Source: Terriglobia bacterium | GTDB lineage: Bacteria; Acidobacteriota; Terriglobia; 2-12-FULL-54-10 | Length of the DNA: 64,000 bases | Reading direction: 5' to 3' | Assembly: GCA_963666975.2 (NCBI GenBank) | Contig: CAXVYR010000003.1 | Coordinates: 288,001-352,000 of the forward strand | Shown: in pieces, positions 49,025-59,221 of the stretch | How the letters are laid out: every line of letters begins with the position of its first letter | How positions within the stretch are numbered: the first letter of the stretch is position 1 | Translations under genes and position numbers: made by a program | The notes under the pieces: model-generated | The model's input: the letters and a program-made list of their open reading frames with translations, nothing else | Told to the model about the DNA's origin: nothing | Databases searched by the model: none

Positions 49025-50790
49025 ACACGGTCGAATCCCCAACAAAACTGCATCCTGTAACTGTCGCCACAGTCTGGCATTCTATGCAGACGATTTGCCA
49101 TGAGATGCGGCACGTCATCGATCGGACGGCTCAGTGCTTCCTGATTGCGCTGCTGCACGACATCTCGGTCGGCATCTGGGATGGCCAGGGTCGGCACACC
49201 ATCGCTATTCCCACTGGGTTGCCGGTTCAATTTATGGGTGGCAAGTACACGATGCGCTACATCCTGGAACAGTTCGGAGACGAAATCTACCCAGGCGACG
49301 TGTTTCTCACTAATGATCCCTACCATGGCGCGAGTTGCCATCTGCCGGATTGGGCCTTCATTCGCCCGATCTTTTTTGAAGACGAGATGGTGTTCTTTAC
49401 GATGGCGAGGGCCCACCAGTATGATACTGGTGGCTCCTTCCCAGGCGGCTATTTTCCGAATGCATACGACATACATGCCGAGGGGATCTGTATCCCCCCG
49501 GTTAAGGTCTTCGAGCGCGGGGTGGAGCGCAAAGATATTTTTCAACTGGTATGGAACAACACCCGCTGGCCGGAAGGAGTTCGGGTAGACAACTACGCTA
49601 TGATCGCCGCCACGAAGGTCTGCGAGAAACGACTGGTGGGGTTAATGAAGAAATACGGGAAGGAAGTCGTCAAGGAGTGCGTTGACGAGATGCTCCGTCG
49701 CACGGAGAAAGCGGTGCGGGCGGAGGTTACCAAAATTCCTGACGGCACGTACTCTTCCGAATCCTCGACCGACGATGACGGGACTGAGCTAGACGTGCCA
49801 GTCACGGTACGGTTGGACCTGACGGTCCGCGGTGAGGAGATGATCCTGGACTTTTCACGCAGTGACGGGCAACGCAGGGGGTTTGTGAACAGCATCTATG
49901 CCTCCACATACAGTAACGCCATGGCGGCGACTCTGATTTTTTTCGATCCCGAATTGGCGGACTTTCACAACGAAGGAAGCATGGCGCCGATTAGCATAAT
50001 CGCTCCGGAAGGGTCCGTGTTGAATGCGCGCTATCCTGCCACCGTCGGGGCCTCCCCCGTCGCGATGGGGACTCACACGATGGAAGCGGTGTTGTTGGCC
50101 TTATCCAAGGCGATGCCGAACCACGCCGTTGCCCCATGGGCACGACACTACTCCCACTACATCTTCGGAGTCGATCCGCGGACCGGTGTGCAATATGTGC
50201 AGACGACCTTTGACTCCGACGGAGGCGCTGGGGCTATGAGCGGTTATGACGGATTCGAGGGAGCTGCCACCCTAGCCACGCTGGCCGAGGTCAACCGGTC
50301 CAATACGGAGGAGGTGGAGATCCGGGTGCCCTGGCGGATGCTGCACTACGAATTCGCCACGGATACGGCCGGGGTCGGTAAGTGGCGTGGGGCTTCCGGC
50401 GTACGCTGGGAAATGATCAACGAAGGTGGAGATTCTGGGATGGCCACCGGCAGTGCGGACGGGGAACATCCTGGATGCAATCCCTCCGGAGTGCAGGGCG
50501 GCGGTGACGGTCCGCTCAACCAGTGCCACATCATCCACAATGGGGAGAAACGGGTTGCCCTGGGCCATCGTATGCACTCCCTCAAGAAAGGCGATATCGT
50601 TGCCAAACTGGCCGGAGGCGGTGCCGGGGTGGGTAACCCCGCCGAGCGTGATCCGGAAAAAGTCCGCGAGGATGTCCTTAATGAATTCTTCTCGACCGAA
50701 AAGGCGCGGGATGTTTTCAAGGTCGTTTTCAAACCGGGCACCCTGCAGATTGACCGTGAAGCCACACAGGCTCTTCGAAAGAAGGCTTAG
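49021..50790 (+). CDS. Hydantoinase B/oxoprolinase subunit
   Basis: NDPYHGASCHLPD, HQYD.GG, G.G.WRG, GGGAGVGNP..RDP. ATGA overlap with subunit A. Confidence 0.92.
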   Translation: MNTVESPTKLHPVTVATVWHSMQTICHEMRHVIDRTAQCFLIALLHDISVGIWDGQGRHTIAIPTGLPVQFMGGKYTMRYILEQFGDEIYPGDVFLTNDPYHGASCHLPDWAFIRPIFFEDEMVFFTMARAHQYDTGGSFPGGYFPNAYDIHAEGICIPPVKVFERGVERKDIFQLVWNNTRWPEGVRVDNYAMIAATKVCEKRLVGLMKKYGKEVVKECVDEMLRRTEKAVRAEVTKIPDGTYSSESSTDDDGTELDVPVTVRLDLTVRGEEMILDFSRSDGQRRGFVNSIYASTYSNAMAATLIFFDPELADFHNEGSMAPISIIAPEGSVLNARYPATVGASPVAMGTHTMEAVLLALSKAMPNHAVAPWARHYSHYIFGVDPRTGVQYVQTTFDSDGGAGAMSGYDGFEGAATLATLAEVNRSNTEEVEIRVPWRMLHYEFATDTAGVGKWRGASGVRWEMINEGGDSGMATGSADGEHPGCNPSGVQGGGDGPLNQCHIIHNGEKRVALGHRMHSLKKGDIVAKLAGGGAGVGNPAERDPEKVREDVLNEFFSTEKARDVFKVVFKPGTLQIDREATQALRKKA

Positions 50791-50949
50791 CTCAGACTAG
50801 ACCGAGCGGGTGATAGACCGTCGCAGCAGCGCAGGCCATTATTCATGGTCATTTGGTGAAAGTCGGACCGCTTATGTGCTCCGGATTCGGTTGGCCCAAA
50901 AGTATCTATGCGGATCGGTCACTCGGAACATATGTCCGAGGCGAAATGG

Positions 50950-52059
50950 ATGACAACTCCCCGAAGGAACTTCCTCAAAGAGCTGGGATGGTTAACTCTT
51001 GGGATGGCCGGTTTCTCGGTCTTCCCCATGGCAAAATTGCTGCCCGCCCAAAGCTCTTTTCGCAGAATTGACGTTTTTCCTCACATCTGGCCGAAGAAAT
51101 TCTTTGACCGTTATCGGAGGAAGACAGTCGGCTGCAACTTGGATAGACTGAACAAGGCCTTTCCGACTCTATCCGATCTAGATCGCCGATTCCGCACCAT
51201 GGATCAGTTTGAGAATTACTTCCAGGTGCTGACTCTTGCCTCCCCTCCGGTTGAAGAATGCCTTGGGCCGCAGGATAGCGCTGAGCTGGCGCAACTGGCG
51301 AATGATGAGATGACGGAACTGGTTTCCCGGTATCCCCAGCGCTTCGTGGGCGCGGTGGCTTGTTTGCCGATGAATAACCTCAAAGCTGCCAGTCTAGAAT
51401 TAGAACGAGCAATCGAGCAACTGGGTATGAAAGGCGTCCAGCTTTATACTAACATCAACGGCCAGCCTCTCGATCGGCCGGAATATCTAGAAATCTTCGA
51501 CCAGATGGCTCGTTATGACCTTCCCGTATGGATGCACCCATGGCGCGTTAATGCCCTACCCGACCATCTTTATCCGGACTACCCTCGCGGGAAGGAGTCC
51601 CTTTACGAGTTCACGCTCAAGATGGGTTGGCCCTATGACACCACACTGTTCATGTTTCGCCTGGTCTTTACCGGTATTTTCGACCGGAATCCGGATCTAA
51701 AAGTTATCATTCACCATCTGGGGGCCATGATTCCGTACTTTCGGGGGAGAATCGAAAATTTCGTTCCAGGCCCTGCCCTCCAGAGGTTAAAGCAGCAGCC
51801 GTACGAGTATTTTCGGATGTTCTACGCCGACACGGCCGTACAGGGCGGCGCGAGCCAGGGCATTGCTAGCGTTATGGAAGCGGGAATCGATTTTTTTGGG
51901 CCGGATCATGTCCTGTTCGGCACAGACATGCCTTTTGATCTCGAGGGGGGAAAGCATTTTACCGAGGAAACGATTGTCGCGCTGGAGGCCGCACGGTTTT
52001 CGGCAGATGAAAAAAGGAAGATGTTCGAAGGCAACGCTGTCCGGTTGCTTGGATTATAA
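50950..52059 (+). CDS. Amidohydro_2 (ACMSD/LigW-like) protein with a Tat signal
   Basis: RRNFLK, IDVFPH, WMHP, HHLG..IP, LFGTDMPF, GNAVRLL. Confidence 0.87.
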   Translation: MTTPRRNFLKELGWLTLGMAGFSVFPMAKLLPAQSSFRRIDVFPHIWPKKFFDRYRRKTVGCNLDRLNKAFPTLSDLDRRFRTMDQFENYFQVLTLASPPVEECLGPQDSAELAQLANDEMTELVSRYPQRFVGAVACLPMNNLKAASLELERAIEQLGMKGVQLYTNINGQPLDRPEYLEIFDQMARYDLPVWMHPWRVNALPDHLYPDYPRGKESLYEFTLKMGWPYDTTLFMFRLVFTGIFDRNPDLKVIIHHLGAMIPYFRGRIENFVPGPALQRLKQQPYEYFRMFYADTAVQGGASQGIASVMEAGIDFFGPDHVLFGTDMPFDLEGGKHFTEETIVALEAARFSADEKRKMFEGNAVRLLGL

Positions 52060-52245
52060 GTTGTGGACCCGCTGACGCGAGCTAGTGGAAACCGGACCCG
52101 AGGAAATACGAGTTCGTCTGAGGACACAATGTGAAGCCGTTTGGCGAATGTGGTGATGGCAAAGGCAACCCGTTTGGCTGAGGGAGAGTTGGCGAATGTT
52201 TACGACAAAGGTCATTCCGGCCCAGAAGGTTCTTGAGGTCTAAAC

Positions 52246-52506
52246 GTGAAGATTAAGATTAAGATGCCCAAGCTAGGGATGAGCATGCAAAGTGCAGTCA
52301 TTCTGCAATGGCTGAAGTCCGAGGGCCAGCAGATAAAGAAGGGAGAACCGCTGGTGGAGATTCAGACGGAAAAGGTGGACACGGTGGTCGAGTCCGCTTT
52401 CAACGGGACTCTCCTGAAGATCCTTGCAGAGATTGACAATAACGTTCCGGTGGGAACGGTAATCGCGGAGATTGAGAGTACCCAAACAAGTGAGGCGATG
52501 AGATGA
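52246..52506 (+). CDS. Stand-alone lipoyl-carrier domain
   Basis: MPKLGMSM, EIQTEKV lipoylation motif. Confidence 0.9.
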   Translation: MKIKIKMPKLGMSMQSAVILQWLKSEGQQIKKGEPLVEIQTEKVDTVVESAFNGTLLKILAEIDNNVPVGTVIAEIESTQTSEAMR

Positions 52507-53519
52507 GTACCACTGCTGCGTTCACTTCAGATAAGGATTTTCTGGCAGGCATGTATCAAAAAATGCTCACGATTCGCCTGCTGGAGGAGAAAGTCCTTCA
52601 GTTATTAATGGAAGGCGAAGTTCCTGACCTCTATCCTTGTGCAGGCCAAGAAGCAGTGCCGGTGGGAGTGTGCGCCGCCTTGCGCCCGCAGGATTTGATC
52701 ACAGGAACATACCGCGGGATGGGACACATGGTAGCCAAGGGTGCCGACTTGAAGCCTATCTTCGCGGAGCTTTATGGAAGGAAGACCGGTTGCTGCAAAG
52801 GCAAGGGTGGCGCTAAACACCTAGCTGCTTTTGACAAAGGAGTCATGGGTGCTTATGCCATCGTCGGTGCCAGCATCCCGATCGCAGTGGGATTGGCTCT
52901 GGCGGCTAAGATGTTAGGCAAAGATCAACTGGTTGCGTGTTTCTTTGGGGATGGGGCATCTAACCAGGGGAGCTTCCACGAAAGTTTGAACCTGGCATTT
53001 ATCTGGAGAGTGCCCGTGATCTTCGTCTGTGAGAATAACCTCTATGCTGCCTCAACCCCCCTGAAGACCAGTACCGCTGTAGATCATATCGCCAAACGCG
53101 CCGACGGCTATGCGATCAAAGGCTTGACGATTGACGGAAATGATGTGGAAGCGGTTTACCAGGCAACCAAGGAAGCAGCTACCCGAGCGTTGCGGGGAGA
53201 ACCAACGCTTCTGGAGTGCCTGACCTACCGTTATGGAGGCCACTTCGCCGCAGAGGACCGGATCGGGTGGAACTACCGCACCGCGGAGGAAATTGCGAGG
53301 TGGAAGAAACAGGACCCTCTAGAGCGTGCCGAGATCATCTTGAAGGACCGGTTCGGTTGGTCCAGTTCAGAAAAGAAAATGTTAGAAAAGGGTATCCGCG
53401 AAGAGATCGAAGAAGCGCTGGAGTTTGCCCGGCAGAGTCCGCCCCCGCAACCCTTGGAAGCGTTAGAGGATTGCTACTTTGAAATGGACCATAATTTTCT
53501 CTGGCGTTGGCCGGAGTAG
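52503..53519 (+). CDS. TPP-dependent dehydrogenase E1 alpha (AcoA/PdhA-like)
   Basis: GQEA, GKGG, GDGA..NN TPP motif, TYRYGGH. Confidence 0.92.
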   Translation: MSTTAAFTSDKDFLAGMYQKMLTIRLLEEKVLQLLMEGEVPDLYPCAGQEAVPVGVCAALRPQDLITGTYRGMGHMVAKGADLKPIFAELYGRKTGCCKGKGGAKHLAAFDKGVMGAYAIVGASIPIAVGLALAAKMLGKDQLVACFFGDGASNQGSFHESLNLAFIWRVPVIFVCENNLYAASTPLKTSTAVDHIAKRADGYAIKGLTIDGNDVEAVYQATKEAATRALRGEPTLLECLTYRYGGHFAAEDRIGWNYRTAEEIARWKKQDPLERAEIILKDRFGWSSSEKKMLEKGIREEIEEALEFARQSPPPQPLEALEDCYFEMDHNFLWRWPE

Positions 53520-53530
53520 GTAGAAAAAGC

Positions 53531-54505
53531 ATGCGAGAGATACGGTATATACAGGCAATCAACGAAGCATTGAGAGAAGAGATGAGGCGAGACCCCCGAG
53601 TGTTCGTACTAGGGGAAGACATTCGCCAAGGGGCCTTCGGGCAAACCAAAGGTTTGGTTCAGGAGTTTGGGGAGACGCGGGTTTTGGATACGCCCATCTC
53701 CGAAAACGGTTTTTGCGGTGCCGCTGTCGGAGCCGCCATGAACGGCCTGCGGCCGGTGGTGGAACTCATGCTCTCGAGCTTCGCCTACCTGGCGATGGAG
53801 CAGATTTTGATGGAGGGCGCACGAATGGAGGGCCGTTACACCTTTGGCAGTCAGATACAGGTGCCCGTCACATTTCGCTTCTTGACTGGAGCGTCCGGCC
53901 ATAATGGACCGCAGCACTCCGACCAACCGTATCCCATGTTCATGAACAATCCTGGACTCAAGATTGTCTTACCATCCACTCCTTTTGATATGAAAGGTCT
54001 GCTCAAGCAAGCCATCCGAGACAATGACCCCGTGTTGGTTTTGGAAAGTATCAACCTGCTGGGGAAACAGGGTTCAGTGCCGGAAGGTGACTACACAGTC
54101 CCTTTCGGCCAAGCCACGTTGCGGAAAGAAGGCACGGACGTCACGGTCGTAGCGCTACTTCACTTAGTCGACGCGGCCTTGGAGGCGGCGCAGATACTGG
54201 AACAGGAGGGGGTTTCTGTTGAGGTCATTGACCCGCGTACACTGGTTCCCTTAGATCGCAGGACCATCTTGGACTCCGTAGCCAAGACCGGACGGTTGGT
54301 GATTGCAGACGACTCGCACCGCACCTGCGGTGCTGCCGCCGAAATAGCCGCCGGGGTGGCCGACGAGGGCTTCGGTTTCCTGAAGGCTCCTATCAAGCGG
54401 GTTACTCGACTGGATGTTCCCATTCCCTACAGTGAGCCTCTGGAAAAGTATGTCCTGCCCAATAAGGACCGAATTTGCCAAGCCGTACGGGATACTCTCC
54501 GCTAA
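53531..54505 (+). CDS. TPP-dependent dehydrogenase E1 beta
   Basis: LGEDI, DTPISE, GPQHS, EVIDPRTLVPLD. Confidence 0.93.
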   Translation: MREIRYIQAINEALREEMRRDPRVFVLGEDIRQGAFGQTKGLVQEFGETRVLDTPISENGFCGAAVGAAMNGLRPVVELMLSSFAYLAMEQILMEGARMEGRYTFGSQIQVPVTFRFLTGASGHNGPQHSDQPYPMFMNNPGLKIVLPSTPFDMKGLLKQAIRDNDPVLVLESINLLGKQGSVPEGDYTVPFGQATLRKEGTDVTVVALLHLVDAALEAAQILEQEGVSVEVIDPRTLVPLDRRTILDSVAKTGRLVIADDSHRTCGAAAEIAAGVADEGFGFLKAPIKRVTRLDVPIPYSEPLEKYVLPNKDRICQAVRDTLR

Positions 54506-54758
54506 CACCTAAACTGACCGCAGCCCTGGGACGCTTCAAAACGAAGGCATGTAGTTTGAACGCCGGTGGAAGTCCACGCGGCAAGCGTTCGGTAGAAACG
54601 CGGCTCGGGTCGTTGAGCCCAGGGGAGAGTTCCTCCAGTTCTCAAGTTGGGACTTTTAGGGGGATGAGGTGGGAAGAGGCGGGGAGGTTGCCTCCCATAG
54701 AGCCCTTCCACCGCAGTCAGGAACACCGCCACCTGGAAGGCAGGCCGGAAGTTCGGAG

Positions 54759-55148
54759 TTACTGCTCTATGACCTTCTCTGATCGGACAGTGAATTGCTG
54801 ATGGACCCGACTCGACCCTTGCCCTTGCGTGATAAACAGCGTGTCGCCAAGTTGCCGCACGTCCAAAAAATCCCCAGGGCGTGTTCCCAGTCGATTCGGA
54901 ACCAAGGTTCGGCCAACAAAGAGGTTGCAGCTTTTCGGTCCTTCGACGGGCTCATGCTCGCCCGACTTGTAGAAGTCGCACGTTGCCGTAATCTGAACGC
55001 GAGTGTGCTCTTCGTTGTTTACACGGATGAGGGTCCATTCACCTGAAGACGCTTGATGGCTCAAGACTTGGTAAAGCTCGGTGGGCTCTCGCCTAGTCGT
55101 GCAGGCCAGTACAAGCAACAAGAGAAAAGGAACTGCGGCGTGTTTCAT
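54759..55148 (-). CDS. Hypothetical lipoprotein
   Basis: Lipobox VLAC after a hydrophobic stretch. Confidence 0.65.
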   Translation of the reverse strand: MKHAAVPFLLLLVLACTTRREPTELYQVLSHQASSGEWTLIRVNNEEHTRVQITATCDFYKSGEHEPVEGPKSCNLFVGRTLVPNRLGTRPGDFLDVRQLGDTLFITQGQGSSRVHQQFTVRSEKVIEQ

Positions 55149-55648
55149 GTCAGGTCGCCACGCTTATTGGCTGGAGATACGCCAGAGTCTACCACGGCAA
55201 TAGCTCATTCCGGCTTCCGAAGCCCGCTCTGAGCTTCCCGCGCTTCTTCGCATTCGGCTCCTTGTCGTGCTCCTTCTTAATCAGCTCCGCGGCTTTGGTG
55301 AGGTTAGTGGTCAATTTCCAATTCTTCTCTCAGCCTGTTCTTTCTTCCTTCGTCCGCATCTTCAAAAGCTTGAGGCAACGTCACAATCCTCATTTCCAAT
55401 ATTTCGGTAGCGCGACGGATTGCCCATAATACAGGGAGCGTGCCAAGAAACACCGCAAGAGCCATTTCCCCAAAACGTCATAACTACCTCCATTCTCTTA
55501 CTGCCAGCCTCACTGCCGGCGCGGCTTGATTGTTGACGGGATTTGCCGAGAGACTACCACGTCACCGGCCTATTACTGCCAGCCAGAAAAATTAGCCCAG
55601 GCCGAAAAAGAGCTTGACATTATGAGACCCTAGAATATCATAGTGCCT

Positions 55649-55891
55649 ATGAGCCCTATTTCGACACTTGAAGCGGCAAAGAAGGGCGGGGTTAGCAAGG
55701 CGACGCTGGAAAGGTGGTTGGCCCAGGGCAAAATTAAAGCTCCGAAGCCGCTCCGTGTAGGGCAAAAGGTGTTCCGCCTCTGGACCGACCAAGATATTGA
55801 GCGAGTGAGGCGGCACAAAAAGAAGACGTACTGGAAGGGCCGAGGCCCAAAGCCGAAGGCGGAAGGGCCGAAGCCGAAGGCCAAACGATAA
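55649..55891 (+). CDS. Small MerR/excisionase-like HTH protein
   Basis: STLEAAKKGGVSKATLERWLAQGKI..RLW. Homologue of 7563-7784. Confidence 0.78.
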   Translation: MSPISTLEAAKKGGVSKATLERWLAQGKIKAPKPLRVGQKVFRLWTDQDIERVRRHKKKTYWKGRGPKPKAEGPKPKAKR

Positions 55892-56027
55892 CAAACGCTC
55901 CGCGCCCGGTGCAGACACACCGAACGCAGAGCTAACCACAGCAACCTGCAAGGAGGTCGCAATGGCTGCAAGTATCGTATCACCCACCGAACAATTCCAG
56001 CCGATTCCGAGTCCCGCTACAGCTTCC

Positions 56028-56618
56028 ATGAAAAAGGCCGCCCTCTACGCACGGGTGAGCACCCAAAATGGCCAGAACCCGGAGATGCAACTTAACGAAC
56101 TGCGCTCCTACTGTGAGCGCAGAGGATTGGAGATCGCCGGGGAGTACGTGGACAACGGTGTGAGTGGCGCGAAGGAGCGCCGCCCGCATTTGGACCGTCT
56201 GCTTGCCGATTGCCGACGTAGGATGGTGGATGCGGTTGTGGTGTACCGCTATGACCGCTTTGCCCGGAGCCTGCGCCAACTTGTGAACGCGTTGGAAGAA
56301 TTTCGAGCCTTGGGGATCGACTTCATCAGCTTGCATGAGGGGGTGGACACCAGCACGCCCAACGGCCGGCTTGTGTTCGGGATCTTCGGCAGCATCGCGG
56401 AATTCGAGCGGGAATTGATTCGGAATCGCGTGAAGTCTGGTCTCGCCCACGCCAAAACCAAGGGAGTGAGGCTGGGAAGACCCCGCGTGTATGTGGACCG
56501 CTTCAAGATTGTCCATCTCCGCGATCAGGGACTTGCATGGGCCATGATTGCGAAACAGTTAGGGATTGGTGAAGGAACCGTGCGAAGGGCCTTCCCAAGA
56601 GCGTCTATTTCCAATTAG
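56028..56618 (+). CDS. Serine recombinase (resolvase/invertase)
   Basis: YARVST, DNGVSG, YDRFARS, GVRLGRP and C-terminal HTH. Confidence 0.92.
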   Translation: MKKAALYARVSTQNGQNPEMQLNELRSYCERRGLEIAGEYVDNGVSGAKERRPHLDRLLADCRRRMVDAVVVYRYDRFARSLRQLVNALEEFRALGIDFISLHEGVDTSTPNGRLVFGIFGSIAEFERELIRNRVKSGLAHAKTKGVRLGRPRVYVDRFKIVHLRDQGLAWAMIAKQLGIGEGTVRRAFPRASISN

Positions 56619-56648
56619 CCAACATTGCATCCAGTAGAACGCAGGATA

Positions 56649-56676
56649 GGTAAACACAACGCCGTTTATCGTGATC
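56649..56676. repeat. Xer/dif-like site
   Basis: GGTAAACACAA-CGCCGT-TTATCGTGATC, flanked by GGATA/TATTCC. Confidence 0.65.
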
Positions 56677-56929
56677 TATTCCGGGAGTGCCGTTCACTCA
56701 ACGACCGGATACCCTGAGACTCGGTTCAGCAATTCTGCTGAGGCGCGAGCGGCGGCGGATGTCGCAAAGAGACCGCGAGCACCTGAGCCTATCTGACTCC
56801 CTTTAGCCGGCATTCTTGTTGCAAGAATCCGAGTAGTTAAGTTAACTTAGGTGAGGAGGGTGGCTGTTTAACAGCGAAAAAGCCTATAACCTGGAAAGAG
56901 CGATCCCCGAACGTCCCAGCGGCTCGTTC

Positions 56930-57701
56930 CTATTCCACGGGCCGCGCCGCGTAGTAACCATCGCGGTGCCGTACTGCGTACTTGATTTCCTTACCCTTCG
57001 GATCCGTGACCATCAGCGCGTGGCCGTCCGGTACTACCATCTCCACCTTGATTTTCCGGAATTTTCCGTCTTTTGCCGAGTTTGTCGGGCCGTAGCTGAT
57101 CTGGTATTCGTTGCGCAGCGCGGCGGAGATATCGCGATAAATCCCCGGAAACTCAGCTTCAAACTGCGGGAAGTAAGCACGTCCCCCGGAGAGCCGGGCG
57201 AAGCTGCGGAGCTGGTTGTCGGCTTGCAACAGGGTGATATTGCTGACGGTCGTACAGTTCGTCTCCGATCCCAGCCCCGTCCGAAGAGCGTGCCGGATCG
57301 CGATGGGGTAGATGGCCGTGTCCGAGCCTTGCGCCGCCTTAAGAGCCTGTTCGTAGAGCGTCTTGCTGAAGGTGTCCAAGCCGCTCGAGATCAGCACAAT
57401 CGCGGTCCACTTCGGTGGCAAAGCGGACGGGCGCATCCCGGCTGGCACGTTCACTGACCCTCTGTTGTTGTCGGTCGGAGGGTCGGCTGGGCCGCCGACG
57501 GGGAACCACTACGGTTTCGGCCACGTTTCGGTTTGGGCCGCTCTGCGGCACGGCAGCAGGCCTAGACCTTTCCGTGGAACTGGGTGGCTGGCTCTGCTCC
57601 TGGTTTTCGGGCCGAGCTAGACCCTGCACCGTCCCGGCCAACAAAAAAAAGAGAAGCCCGAACAATAGCACCGCCAAGGAGACAGATGGTCTTTTTCGCA
57701 T
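56930..57701 (-). pseudogene. Acidobacterial VWA-domain protein with an internal deletion and frameshift
   Basis: The signal/linker ending RFATEVD joins out of frame (~57405) to AIVLISSGLDTFS..SGGRAYFP..LRNEYQISY..DGKFRKIKV..RHRDGYY. Confidence 0.78.
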
Positions 57702-57766
57702 GGGATGCTTCTGAAATGGAATTCCCATTATGGCCTCCCGGCAGTGGCAATGATACACCCGTGAGT

Positions 57767-59002
57767 CTAGGGCCTGCGCCCGCGGCCCCGGTTCGAGTTC
57801 GGTCCCCGAATCGAGTTCGATCCCCGAATCGAGTTCGGTCCCCGGTTCGAGTTCGATCCCCGAATCGAGTTCGGTCCCCGGTTCGAGTTCGGTCCCCGGT
57901 TCGAGTTCGGTCCCCGAATCGAGTTCGATCCCCGGTTCGAGTTCGGTCCCCGAATCGAGTTCGGTCCCCGGTTCGAGTTCGGTCCCCGAATCGAGTCCCG
58001 GCCCCGATTGGAATCCCGGCGAGGGTCGCCACTCCTGATCTGGCCTCGCCCCCTCCTCGCATGACCTCCCCCGATGACGATTCGAGGGCTGATGAATCGG
58101 GGGCGGTAGGTGTGCGGGCGATGGATGTGCGGGCGATAGATGCGCGGGGACGGACGAATCACGACGGTGGGTCCGTACACGTGGCGGGGATACGGATCGT
58201 AGTATCCGTAGGGATATCCGTAGTATCCGTAGGGATATCCGTAAGAGAAATGGATGGAGGGTCGGCTCTTGTAATGCCGGCGCGCGGGAACGGCCCGATG
58301 CGTGCGACCGCGCCGCTGGAGCGCCACCGGCTCGTAGTCTTCCTGCCGGACGAGCTGGAAGGCTGCTGCCGAGGAGGCCGTCTCGACCGTGAGCGGCGAC
58401 AGTGTGCGGAAGGTGAGCGTAGACTCGGGATAGACTTCTGTGGGCTTGCCACGGGTGGCCAGAACCCCGATGGTCGAGGCCGCCGCTCCCGCGATCGCTC
58501 CCATGCCTGCGCCAATCCCGCCGTCTACGGCTGCGCCGATCGCCGCTCCGATTCCCGTGGCGGTGCCGATCGCGACTACGTCATTCCCGACAGAAGTCGG
58601 CCCCGCATGCTCGATCCATTCTGTAACCACGAGCAGTTGCGTGCCGTCGACGAGGCTGATCTCGGTCAGCTCCAGACCCAGACTCGACGTTCCGGATCGC
58701 CGCCCGGCTTTCTGCGCCACGACGATGCGTCCCTCCACGGTCTGGCCACGGTGGGCGATGACGAACCCGTTGGCCACCAGCGGCTGCGCCAGCGAGCCGA
58801 TGAAGTAATCGCCCGGCAGATTGTGGTCGCTCGAAATTGGCTGATTCACTCGAATCGAAATCCAAGAGCCGGCCGGCAAGTTCAACTGGGGCGGGGGACT
58901 GCTCCAGCCTACTTGCTGCGCGTTTGCGGACACGGCTCCATTCCAGAGAACCGCGACTGCCAGTGCAAACGAACCGATCGTTATCTTGTGTTTGTTTCCC
59001 AT
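57767..59002 (-). CDS. Exported protein with a beta-rich domain, glycine zipper and Arg-rich repeat tail
   Basis: Signal peptide, LPAGSWISIRVNQPISS, GAAIGA..G.GAGMGAIAGAA, (G-P/S-N-S-N/I-R)n tail. Confidence 0.8.
   Translation of the reverse strand: MGNKHKITIGSFALAVAVLWNGAVSANAQQVGWSSPPPQLNLPAGSWISIRVNQPISSDHNLPGDYFIGSLAQPLVANGFVIAHRGQTVEGRIVVAQKAGRRSGTSSLGLELTEISLVDGTQLLVVTEWIEHAGPTSVGNDVVAIGTATGIGAAIGAAVDGGIGAGMGAIAGAAASTIGVLATRGKPTEVYPESTLTFRTLSPLTVETASSAAAFQLVRQEDYEPVALQRRGRTHRAVPARRHYKSRPSIHFSYGYPYGYYGYPYGYYDPYPRHVYGPTVVIRPSPRIYRPHIHRPHTYRPRFISPRIVIGGGHARRGRGQIRSGDPRRDSNRGRDSIRGPNSNRGPNSIRGPNSNRGSNSIRGPNSNRGPNSNRGPNSIRGSNSNRGPNSIRGSNSIRGPNSNRGRGRRP
57785..57998. repeat. 18-bp coding tandem repeat, 11 units plus 1 degenerate unit
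   Basis: Units CCCCG(GT/AA)TCGAGTTCG(G/A)T. Confidence 0.92.
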
Positions 59003-59221
59003 GTTGATTCTCCTTTAGAGCAGTTGGGATGTCCGTTCGGGCCCCGCATATAGCCGGAGCCGATGTACTTCCAGCCTTCTGGCAACTGCGGATCCTGTTG
59101 GGCGATGAGAAATAGTGGGATTGCAAGCGTGACGGTCAAGGCAGCAGCGAGTTTCATCTTACCCCCTGTTGTTGAGTTCCTGGAGTTCCCGCCAAGTCCA
59201 TGCTAGGAGCCAATAAGAATT

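Noticed and set aside
57785-57998. Possible CRISPR-like array
   Set aside because: The 18-bp units are contiguous with no unique spacers, lie in frame within a CDS, and there are no cas genes.
57584-59053. 489-aa plus-strand ORF with RVRSP repeats
   Set aside because: Antisense shadow of the signal-peptide-bearing minus-strand gene.
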